From the NCBI GenBank assembly GCA_051362555.1, contig CM120642.1, forward strand, positions 16,802,001-16,866,000: DNA of 64,000 nucleotides. Reading direction: 5' to 3'. The notes beneath the pieces were generated by a model. It was not told where the DNA came from, did no database searches, and saw only the letters and a program-made list of their open reading frames with translations. This document shows positions 14,222 to 24,999 of this stretch, piece by piece. Numbering within the stretch: the stretch's first letter is position 1; every line of letters begins with the position of its first letter. A program made the position numbers and the translations under genes. The DNA is from Lingula anatina (Eukaryota; Animalia; Brachiopoda).

Positions 14222-15070
14222 ATGGCAGGACTCGCTGGACGATTCCCCAGTGCAGCCACCTCGTAGACGGACCATGGCAGGACTCGCTGGACGCTTCCCC
14301 AGTGCAGCCACCTCGTAGACGGACCATGGCAGGACTCGCTGGACGCTTCCCCAGTGCAGCCACCTCGTAGACGGACCATGGCAGGACTCGCTGGACGCTT
14401 CCCCAGTGCAGCCACCTCGTAGACGGACCATGGCAGGACTCGCTGGACGCTTCCCCAGTGCAGCCACCTCGTAGACGGACCATGGCAGGACTCGCTGGAC
14501 GCTTCCCCAGTGCAGCCACCTCGTAGACGGACCATGGCAGGACTCGCTGGACGCTTCCCCAGTGCAGCCACCTCGTAGACGGACCATGGCAGGACTCGCT
14601 GGACGCTTCCCCTGTGCAGCCACCTCGTAGACGGACCATGGCAGGACTCGCTGGACGCTTCCCCTGTGCAGCCACCTCGTAGACGGACCATGGCAGGACT
14701 CGCTGGACGCTTCCCCTGTGCAGCCACCTCGTAGACGGACCATGGCAGGACTCGCTGGACGCTTCCCCTGTGCAGCCACCTCGTAGACGGACCATGGCAG
14801 GACTCGCTGGACGCTTTTCTCATGCAGCCACCTCGTAGACGGACCATGGCAGGACTCACTGGACGCTTTTCCCATGCAGCCACCTCGTAGACGGACCATG
14901 GCAGGACTCGCTGGACGCTTTTCTCATGCAGCCACCTCGTAGACGGACCGTGGCAGGACTCACTGGACGCTTTTCCCATGCAGCCACCTCGTAGACAGAC
15001 CGTGGCAGGACTCACTGGACGCTTTTCCCATGCAGCCACCTCGTAGACAGACCGTGGCAGGACTCGCTGG
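14222..15070. repeat. 52-bp GC-rich minisatellite, ~16 copies
   Basis: Unit ATGGCAGGACTCGCTGGACGCTTCCCCAGTGCAGCCACCTCGTAGACGGACC recurs at 14222, 14274, 14326 and onward. Confidence 0.97.
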
Positions 15071-15126
15071 CAACAAAGATTGGTCGAAGTGGCTGTAGAT
15101 GTGGGCCCTCTTCTTGCAGTTGTGTT

Positions 15127-16970
15127 CTGTAAACAGAAATAAAAACGAGATTGGATTAGATTTCTTTCATTTCTTAAAACTCCACTTCCAAAAAGAAAAA
15201 GATTACATACCTTAAGGAGTGCAGTCGAAGTCCCACCGGGAGTGCTCATCATCATCTATGTCCTGTAAACAGAAATAAAAAACGAGATTAGATTTCTTTC
15301 ATTTCCTAAACTCCACTTCCAAAAAGAAAAAAATTACATACCTTAAGGAGTGCTATCGAAGTCCCACCGGTGGCGCTCATCATCTTCTATGTCCTGTAAA
15401 CAGAAATAAAAACGAGATTAGATTTCTTTCATTTCTTAAATTCCACTTCCAAAAAAGAAAAAGATTACATACCTTATGGAGTGCAGTCGAAGTCCCACCG
15501 GTGGTGCTCATCATCTTCTATGTCCTGTAAACAGAAATAAAAACGAGATTAGATTTCTTTCATTTCTTAAACTCCACTTCCAAAAAAGAAAAAGATTACA
15601 TACCTTATGGAGTGCAGTCGAAGTCCCACCGGTGGCGCTCATCATCTTCTATGTCCTGTAAACAGAAATAAAAACGAGATTAGATTTCTTTCATTTCTTA
15701 AACTCCACTTCCAAAAAAGAAAAAGATTACATACCTTATGGAGTGCAGTCGAAGTCCCACCGGTGGCGCTCATCATCTTCTATGTCCTGTAAACAGAAAT
15801 AAGAACGAGATTAGATTTCTTTCATTTCTTAAACTCCACTTCCAAAAAGAAAAAGATTACATACCTTCAGGAGTGCAGTCGAAGTCCCACCGGTGGCGCT
15901 CATCATCTTCTATGTCCTGCAAACAGAAATAAGAACGAGATTAGATTTCTTTCATTTCTTAAACTCCACTTCCAAAAAGAAAAAGATTACATACCTTCAG
16001 GAGTGCAGTCGAAGTCCCACCGGTGGCGCTCATCTTCTTTGTCCTGTAAACAGAAATAAAAAACGAGATTAGATTTCTTTCATTTCCTAAACTCCACTTC
16101 CAAAAAGAAAAAGATAACATACCTTAAGGAGTGCAGTCGAAGTCCCACCGGGAGTGCTCATCATCTTCTATGTCCTGTAAACAGAAATAAAAACGAGATT
16201 AGATTTCTTTCATTTCTTAAACTCCACTTCCAAAAAGAAAAAGATTACATACCTTAAGGAGTGCAGTCGAAGTCCCACCGGTGGCGCTCATCATCTTCTA
16301 TGTCCTGTAAACAGAAATAAAAACGAGATTAGATTTCTTTCATTTCTTATATTCCACTTCCAAAAAAGAAAAAGATTACATACCTTATGGAGTGCAGTCG
16401 AAGTCCCACCGGTGGCGCTCATCATCATCTATGTCCTGTAAACAGAAATAAGAACGAGATTAGATTTCTTTCATTTCTTAAACTCCACTTCCAAAAAGAA
16501 AAAGATTACATACCTTCAGGAGTGCAGTCGAAGTCCCACCGGTGGCGCTCATCATCTTCTATGTCCTGCAAACAGAAATAAGAACGAGATTAGATTTCTT
16601 TCATTTCTTAAACTCCACTTCCAAAAAGAAAAAGATTACATACCTTCAGGAGTGCAGTCGAAGTCCCACCGGTGGCGCTCATCTTCTTTGTCCTGTAAAC
16701 AGAAATAAAAAACGAGATTAGATTTCTTTCATTTCTTAAACTCCACTTCTAAAAAGAAAAAGATAACATACCTTAAGGAGTGCAGTCGAAGTCCCACCGG
16801 GAGTGCTCATCATCTTTTATGTCCTGTAAACAGAAATAAGAACGAGATTAGATTTCTTTCATTTCTTAAACTCCACTTCCAAAAAGAAAAAGATTACATA
16901 CCTTAAGGAGTGCTGTCGAAGTCCCACCGGTGGCGCTCATCATCTTCTATGTCCTGTAAACAGAAATAAG
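15127..16970 (-). repeat. ~130-bp tandem repeat, 14 copies; each unit is an exon-like 52 nt plus an intron-like ~78 nt
   Basis: Minus-strand unit: TTTATTTCTGTTTACAG|GACATAGAAGATGATGAGCGCCACCGGTGGGACTTCGACTGCACTCCTTAAG|GTATGTAATC...CTAATC... Exon starts at 16953, 16823, 16692, 16565, 16435, 16304, 16174, 16043, 15916, 15786, 15655, 15524, 15393 and 15262. Confidence 0.95.
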
Positions 16971-17307
16971 GACGAACTGTAATAAAAAAATAAACCTGGA
17001 ACGCATGCAATAATGCAATGACACTACGACTAGTCCAAGACAGCAAAAAGGTGAAGTATCCTCCGAAGATCCCTGAGCGACGATTCCTCGTGGGGAGAAG
17101 CGAAGGTTGTAGCTGGCCAGCTTAGAGAAACGCCGAATCCACCGTCTAGACGTCTGCGTGTGCAAGGAACAATATGTCGAAGAGCGATGCGTTGACGTAG
17201 GATGAGGAAAGATTCGGAGAAATGCGAGTCGACTCCCGTGTCCTTTGTGCTTGATACAGGGCGCAGCACACGACGTCCTTCCTGTTGCTCTAGATCTGTC
17301 CGCAGTT

Positions 17308-17356
17308 GAGTGAACGCACTTTCAAAATTCCGCGCTTTTATACCTTTAGTCACGTG
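17308..17356 (-). promoter_or_regulatory. TATA box, initiator and E-box core promoter
   Basis: The minus strand reads CACGTGAC...GGTATAAAAGCGCGG...TTCACTC. TATA-to-Inr spacing is 31 nt and the downstream region is CpG-rich. Confidence 0.55.
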
Positions 17357-19254
17357 GTGGCGTTCCTGTTGTCACCACTAGTCAACTTGTTCATAGGGGA
17401 TGGTCTTTGATAGTGATACGCCAATTTGATTATAATATCTTAAAGACATAAATTTTATTTTATATTTTCTATTTTGATTTTTTTGTTTATCATTTCATTT
17501 TATGGTAAGAGTATTAAGTACTAAGCAGTGACCTCGAAATGTAACAGACAAAGTAGATGACAATTTCTGAGCAACATATCCTCTCCCCAAAATTATGATA
17601 GGCACGATGTCGGTTATACTGGAAGCTGTGAACTTCTCGCAGGCCACTATATTGTGCGCGTGTATTCGAGCACTGATCCAAAATGTGGATGACGTAATAG
17701 GGCGTAGAATGACTGCGTTTTCGAGGTTCTGATTGTAGCGAATTGAAGTGAGTCATTTGAAAGTACGCTGGACTGGACATGTACATCCACCTCAGTTCTC
17801 TGAAACACATTTTGTAATCAACAAATGAAATGAAAATAAGTTTTTAGGTTTTACGAATAGAAAGAATAGCAGCAGTAAGTCATATGAAAAATCTTGATTA
17901 ACTTCTACAAGGCAGAAGAAACGAATGATTTTATTTTTGTATAAAAAACATCTATTGATTTAGGCAATTATTAAGAACGGGTGCCTTCCTTTTTGGCTTC
18001 AGGTGACCAGTACTCTTATGTCACTGGCTTGAGTAGAGAAAAAACACAAAAAAGATAATAAATACGAATAATAAGATAAAAAAATTTAAAAATGAATTTT
18101 TTCTCATTTGTACGTTTACTTTATCCATTTTAAACCATAGCTGGATTTTACACTTTTTAACATGCGTTTTAACATTGTTATAAGTCTCAGTGCTCACTGG
18201 CATCCTTTCTCATCTCTCTGGAAAGCATACAACCAAAGTTGCCGAAAACTAGAGTTTACATGCTAATAGGCCAATTGCTCATTATCAGTGCTTCATGGTC
18301 GGGCACACAACAGTTCCATTTGTGTGTTTTCTCAGTGAGGTGGTCTCTGACTCGACTCTACCTAAAAATCGAACTCGGGACTTGTCTCGCCTTCCACGAG
18401 AACACTCGCTGATTCTCAATGTGAAGGTCCATTTAAGAATTTAAAACAGGAGAAAGAATTGTTTATCCAAGTGGAATTTACTTAAATCAGTCTAGCTACT
18501 TAAATCGCTGCAAAAAATAATTACTAGATTTATCTGTTCTGACATAAAAACAAACAAAATGTAAACCATCGTTATTGTAGTTCGCAGCTCCATCTTGCAT
18601 TCTCCAATCGATCTAGGTTATTTCTACTAAAGCACAAATGCAAGAAGTGATTATGATGTCTAACGTCTCAGAAAATGTCTGTGTTTATGTTCATTTTAAA
18701 TGGCGCAATATAGATTGCGGCTACGTCCGCGGTGTCACCTGGCTTTTAAAAACTGAAAAAAAAAAAAAAAAATGTGACGTCTTTTGCTGCGGGTCATTAT
18801 TTTTAGTTGTTTGATGTTTTTGTAATATTTTAGCCATACAAAGAATCTTCAATTATATCTATGATTAGCTAGACGATAGGCAGGACACACTCAATTGTTT
18901 TAGACAAAACACGACAAAACCGCGTTCTCATGGAAAGTAATTTGCAAAACCTTAGTTACCAGGCATTTTAAAAAAATATACTTGAGGTTGAGAACAATAT
19001 TTGTCAGTAAAATAAATGTGCTTCTCGTAATACCTCTTTTTTTATACGGATTTTTCTTATTTTTGTTAGTATTAATAACGTGCGAATATTACCCAAAAGG
19101 GTTGTTATTTTAAAAACCTCTTTCCCTGAATACGATAACTTTATACTAGCAAGGCATGAATCGTAAGGTGTTTTCATTGTTTACACAAAAGCTTGGTTTA
19201 TCACTTTCTGTTACAAAAGGTATTTAAAAAAAGGAGATTTCGCCCCCCCCCCCT

Positions 19255-19296
<42 letters not shown>

Positions 19297-19793
19297 TCAC
19301 GCTACTCGACGCTCCCGGTAGAATAGGCACGTTTCACAATAAAACGTCTTTGTCACTGTTTATGTAGTTCTGCACCACACAATTTACTCACGTGCCTTAC
19401 ACCATTCCCTAAAATCCCTTCCCGATTTTAATTTCAGATAGTTATTCAGTAACAGACAAAACTATGTTAAAGTATTCTGTTAAAGACAAATCTCAGCCCG
19501 TCCTATGCCTAGATACACGAGATACAAAATCTCTGAAACCGAACATGACCGTCATATGGCTTACATTAGTCTTGCGGTGTTACTTGATGACTTTCTAAAA
19601 CTGATATATTAAATTATTATTCAATTTTAAATTTAAACCGTTCTGTCCACGTATTAAAATTAAAAAAAAAAAATTCGGGTGGGGGTGGGTGGGTGGGTTT
19701 AAAAAGCCGAACACCTCTCTAGGAAATCCAGGATCCCCCCCTGGTTAGCTTAACCCAGTAAGTAGTACATACTTGGGCGATGATATCTGATCC

Positions 19794-19798
<5 letters not shown>

Positions 19799-19838
<40 letters not shown>

Positions 19839-19875
19839 GTTTACTTTATCCATTTATATATATCCAAAAGTATAT

Positions 19876-19929
<54 letters not shown>
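19799..19929. repeat. (AT)n microsatellites
   Basis: Directly visible; they produce the spurious IYIYIY ORFs. Confidence 0.95.
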
Positions 19930-19931
<2 letters not shown>

Positions 19932-20664
19932 AAAAGTCCTAGAACATTTTTTACTGAGTCTCACATGAATATTTTCAGCTCTGCTCATTTTGATATTTTT
20001 ACATGGATGAGATACATGAGCAATCCCAATAGTGACTGGATGGCAATTTTGACTCTTTAAAGAGATATGATAAATAATGCTCTTTAATCCAGAAAAGAAA
20101 TACATATAAATACATTAGCGGTGTGTTATAACTCTTAAGGAGTGTATTTCACTTTCTTTTAGTGAACAAAAACCAATAACTGATTCTCTGATCAGTTTGA
20201 TCATGCAAAGAATTTAAACTAGCAGAACTTGAGATATAAAGCTGATGAACAGGGAGATTGACATTTTCTTATGCAAATTATTTGAATGTTCTGCCTTTTT
20301 AAACATTTATTAGAAACGAGAAAGAATGTCACAATTCTGGATCTTTGTGTTATACAAGCCAGGTACATTTTTTTATGTGGAGCTTACCAAATATTGTTTT
20401 GTCATACCACGACAGTCTTATTGTATTTCCATATTACTCTCTCCGTGTGTTGCTTTTGCCTTGTATCCTACCATACATTATAAATGAGGCAGTGACAGAT
20501 AAAAAGTAATCCCAAATCACTATTCAACTGTGTCAAATCTTCCACACATCTCAAAGCTACACCAAATCCCAAAATTTTGACAACTCCCTCATTATGCTGT
20601 TTCAATCTCTTATATAAAGTCACTGCAGCATTTACTGGAGGTTAAAAGTACATTCCAAGTATGT

Positions 20665-20730
20665 TTAAATGTTGATAGGTTTCCCACAGTAAGCTGCTAG
20701 GTTGGCCTCTCGTAGTGCTTCAGCAACCGT
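20665..20730 (-). pseudogene. DLD: Isolated terminal coding exon of dihydrolipoamide dehydrogenase
   Basis: Acceptor TTTTTCAG, then TVAEALREANLAAYCGKPINI*, matching the DLD C-terminus (human [21 protein letters not shown], recalled, with the same exon boundary). No upstream DLD exons were found in the window. Confidence 0.75.
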
Positions 20731-21039
20731 CTGAAAAATCAATTGTGTTAGTTTTAATATGTCTGCATGTTAAAGTTCCTTAAGATAGAAAACTCATCAC
20801 CCTACATTAAAATTAATTTTAAAAATACAAAACTGATTACGCAATATTGTAAACTTGTAACACTTGAAATCTTTTCTAGTTACTTGTAATGAAAAGAGAC
20901 AAATTAACACAAATGGTAAAAAAAACACATAGCTAAACAGACAGGCCAAAAGTGTGTGGAATTTGGTCAGAGCGATCGACAGATGCATGTTGATAATAAT
21001 TTCCAGGTTCCAAGATACATGAAACAAAGCTGTTACTTA

Positions 21040-22523
21040 CTTTTTTATATATAAAATCAAAATTTTCAAACTTTTAATCTTTGAGTTTGATATATTTAGG
21101 CCCATATTTGATATATATAGGCCCGTAAGTCACAACTTAAGAAAAGCACAAAACAATAATGCACAAAATAGGAGACTACCAATTCTGATGCAATAATACA
21201 TTATGTTTAACTGCAGAGTCAACATCAAATTTTAATTTTGCACAGGTAACACCGACGAAAGTAAAATCATAAGGCTTCAGGCCCATCAGAGTTCAAGTTT
21301 ATACTTAGAAAGTGCCAGAATGAGAAAAATGAAAATTTCACACAAAATTGCATAAATTCAATAATAAATGATAACCCAATTGACCTGGCTTTCTAATTTG
21401 AACTGCATGCCAATCCTAAAAATCATACTTATAAGTTAAATATAATAATAAGTAGCACAGTTTTCTTTTCATAATGTTTGCAGTAGTAGTGCAAAAAGAT
21501 TGTCAATTTTGATGTCACATTACATAATAAATTATAGAATAATTTTCACCAATTTTTGATTATTGACTATAAATAGCATGGACATGTAGAAAATTTTATT
21601 ACCATACGGCTTCATGTCCATGGGAGCTCTGAGTCCCACAATGAATATGCCAAAAAGATAATGAATATTTCACTAAAATGTGACAAGCAAATGTGCTGAT
21701 TTTCGAACTTGACCTGCGTATTATAAATATTCATCAGTTTTGTAAGTTTCAAGCCAAAAAGTAAAATGGTTTTCCACTTATCGTGTTATCAGTGCTGCAT
21801 ATATGCTGAAAAAAGTGAAAAAACAGCATAACTTCCCTAAAAATGGCCCGATCATGCTGAATTTCGAACTTGACCTGCGTATTATGAATATTCATCAGCT
21901 TTGTAAGTTTCAAGCCAAAAAGTAAAATGGTTTTCCACTTATCGTGTTATCGGTGCTGCATATATGCTGAAAAAAGTGAAAAAACAGCATAACTTCCCTA
22001 AAAATGGCCCGATCATGCTGAATTTCGAACTTGACCTGCGTATTATGAATATTCATCAGCTTTGTAAGTTTCAAGCCAAAAAGTAAAATGGTTTTCCACT
22101 TATCGTGTTATCGGTGCTGCATATATGCTGAAAAAAGTGAAAAAACAGCATAACTTCCCTAAAAATGGCCCGATCATGCTGAATTTCGAACTTGACCTGC
22201 GTATTATGAATATTCATCAGCTTTGTAAGTTTCAAGCCAAAAAGTAAAATGGTTTTCCACTTATCGTGTTATCGGTGCTGCATATATGCTGAAAAAAGTG
22301 AAAAAACAGCATAACTTCCCTAAAAATGGCCCGATCATGCTGATTTTCGAACTTGACCTGCGTATTATGAATATTCATCAGTTCTGTAAATTTGAATACA
22401 AAATGTAAAACGGTTTTCCACTTATCGTGTTATCGCTGAGCACACGGCGACGACGGCGACAGCCTACGGCGACAACAGACGCAGGTGACGGCTATATGTA
22501 CAGACACATCTGTGTCTGTACAT
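21040..22523 (+). mobile_element. Helentron/HINE-like element with a 161-bp internal satellite (~4.5 units, 21702-22430)
   Basis: TTCGAACTTGACC recurs at 21702, 21863, 22024 and 22185; CGGCGACGA microsatellite and terminal hairpin are present. The 5' part is the reverse complement of ~55940-56510. Left boundary is approximate. Confidence 0.7.
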
Positions 22524-24443
22524 AAAAATGATGACAGTGCATAAAATAATATTACACAATGTTTAAAGACATAAAAAACCAACACAACTGCTAATGTGGA
22601 AAAACAAAATACACAGCACTTCTGGTGGATGACAGTTGAAAGTGTCATTTCAATTACTAATATGGTATGAATAACCCTATTGAGTTTGAGAATAATAAGG
22701 CACTGTTATTCATCTTTAGCATTAATGTAAGCGTTACACAAAATTTTTCTTTTGTAAACTTATTTTCAATATAAATAACATTTACCTGCATAATAATCAT
22801 CGATTCCTAATTATATGACACAGTTAAGAGAGCTAAACCTATGGGACTTTACAATGAAATCTCAATGTGTGTTTATGTAATCTCATTTAATGGCCACTTG
22901 AAAATTAATTAAGCAAATTATTTTATAACCCTGAAATAACTTGAAAATTAATAAAGCAAATTACTTTATAACCCTGAATTAACTGCCTACTATCCATATA
23001 CATTTATTGCACCAAATAGCACTCACTGCATTGCTTTCAAAACAGAAAACAATTACAATGGTTTTCCAACACAAGCTGCACTTCAGTCTTTTCAGTAAGG
23101 TTGATTATCATAAGTAACATGGTTTTCCCTTAATCGCTATCCTGGCAGCAGTGTCCAAAATTGGATTTTCTTCAACTTTCATGCAATATAACATAATACT
23201 TAACAGCAATAAACCATCAATTTTTTTATAAAAAAAAATAAAAGTATCATGGATATTCAGAAAATGTGATATGGAAAGGTCTCCAAGGACATGGAAGTTC
23301 AGAGTCACTTTCAAAATGCCAAAATGTTAACAAGAGATAACTGTACTGAAATGATTTTCTTTCCATTTTCAACACCTTTTTTTACATAAAACAATAATCA
23401 ATTTACTGTCATTTTTAAATGATCAACTAGGAAAATTGTTGACATAGGAAAAATATCAATAGAACAATTTATAATGTCTAATTTGCTCCATTTGGAGATT
23501 CTGAACATAGTGAATGATTGAATCTGACGAACTGCAATGATGAGTTCCTTTCCATTTTTGATACTTTATTACACAATGCACGATAATAGGTTTACCGTCA
23601 TTTTTATATAATCAATTAACAATATTGTTAAGAAGCAGAAAATGTTAAAACAACACTTTTACATATCCAATTAGTTCCGTAATGAGACTGTTAACATGCT
23701 TAAGAATTAAATCTGAAGAAAAACCACTTATATACAAAAAGGCTAATAACTTCATCAAAACTTAACTGATCAAGCTTATTTTCAAACTTGATCTGTATAC
23801 TGGTCAGATTGATCACTCCTGTGAGTTGCAAGACAAAAGGCTGATTGGTTTTCCTTAAAATGCGTTAGCAGTGTTGCATGTATGCTGAATAAAGGAAAAA
23901 AAAATAGCATTACTTTTGTATAAATAGTCCAATCACGCCAATTTTTGAACTTGACCTGGGTATTATGAATATTCACCAGTTCTGTAAATTTCAATCCAAA
24001 AGGAAAAACATTTTTACACTTATCATGTTATCGGTGTTATAAAAGTGCTGAAAAAATTGAAAAAAAAACAAAAAAAAAAACAGGATAACTTCCATAAAAA
24101 TTGCCCAATCATGCTGATTTTCAAACTTGACCTGCGTATTATGAATATTCATTAGTTCTGTAAGTTTCAAGCCAAAAGAAAAAACAGTTTTCCACTTATT
24201 GTGTTATCGGTGCTGCATATATGCTGAAAAAAGTGAAAAAACAGCATAAATTCCCTAAAAATGACCCAATCATGCCGATTTTCGAACTTGACCTGCGTAT
24301 TATGAATATTCATCAGTTCTGTAAGTTTCAAACCAAAAGAAAAAACAGTTTTCCACTTATCGTGTTATCGGTAAAAGTGCACGGTGACGGCGACGACAGA
24401 CGCAGATGACGGCTATATGTACAGACACATCTGTGTCTGTACA
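22524..24443 (+). mobile_element. Second, head-to-tail copy of the same Helentron-like family
   Basis: Starts AAAATGATGACAGTGCATAAAATAAT (reverse complement of ~57210-57235) and ends with the hairpin TGTACAGACACATCTGTGTCTGTACA. Confidence 0.7.
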
Positions 24444-24694
24444 TAAAAAAAGTAAATAAGAAAGCCTATGAATGTAAGTCATCTTATTATTACTGACTGC
24501 AGGTAGGAACATCCTTACTGTTAAATACTACTTCTAAGATTAATGTGAAAAGAGAGTCCTGTGACCAAAGTTTAATTATTTACTGACTTAATTAGTACAG
24601 GAAAGAATTCCACTGTGCTGGACATGAATAAACCCTCAGTCAATATTCTTCTTATTGTTCTCACTCATTGAGTCATTTTCTCTGATTGTTCCTG

Positions 24695-24937
24695 CTAAGA
24701 TTTCTTGTCAGAGAGCATTGCACAAAAAACCTTACAAAATTTATGAAGTGGAAATCCCATGATATTGAAGTAATCACCACGCACTGTTTCCACTAAAGTA
24801 CCTCCTTTAGCTTGGATACCATAACCTCCAGCTTTGTCCCTGTAAAGGAAATAAAATCATAAATGTCCGAAAATAATAATGATTGAGCCAGCAATAAACT
24901 AATATGAAAAAGTGTATATCACACTGGACTTGGGTTT

Positions 24938-24999
<62 letters not shown>

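Larger units (their letters stand above)
11538..17311 (-). ncRNA. Putative multi-exon spliced transcript, probably non-coding, built from duplicated exons
   Basis: TATAAAA at 17342-17336 with an Inr-like TTCACTC 31 nt downstream. 14 micro-exons between 16953 and 15211, then exons 15126-14189, 13468-13282 and 12915-12812, and a terminal exon from 12462 with AATAAA at ~11764 and ~11543. Internal exons have polypyrimidine-AG acceptors and GTA donors. The first-exon donor is not obvious. Confidence 0.5.

Noticed and set aside
14139-15255. Three long ORFs (218-356 aa) as protein-coding genes
   Set aside because: They result from a stop-free 52-bp minisatellite. There is no recognisable domain, and the longest ORF reads through an intron-like segment.
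15476-16581. Plus-strand repeated ORFs MECSRSPTGG...
   Set aside because: These are by-products of the tandem repeat; the splice signals lie on the opposite strand.
15127-16970. CRISPR-like array
   Set aside because: There are no unique spacers, the whole unit repeats, the context is eukaryotic and no cas genes are present.
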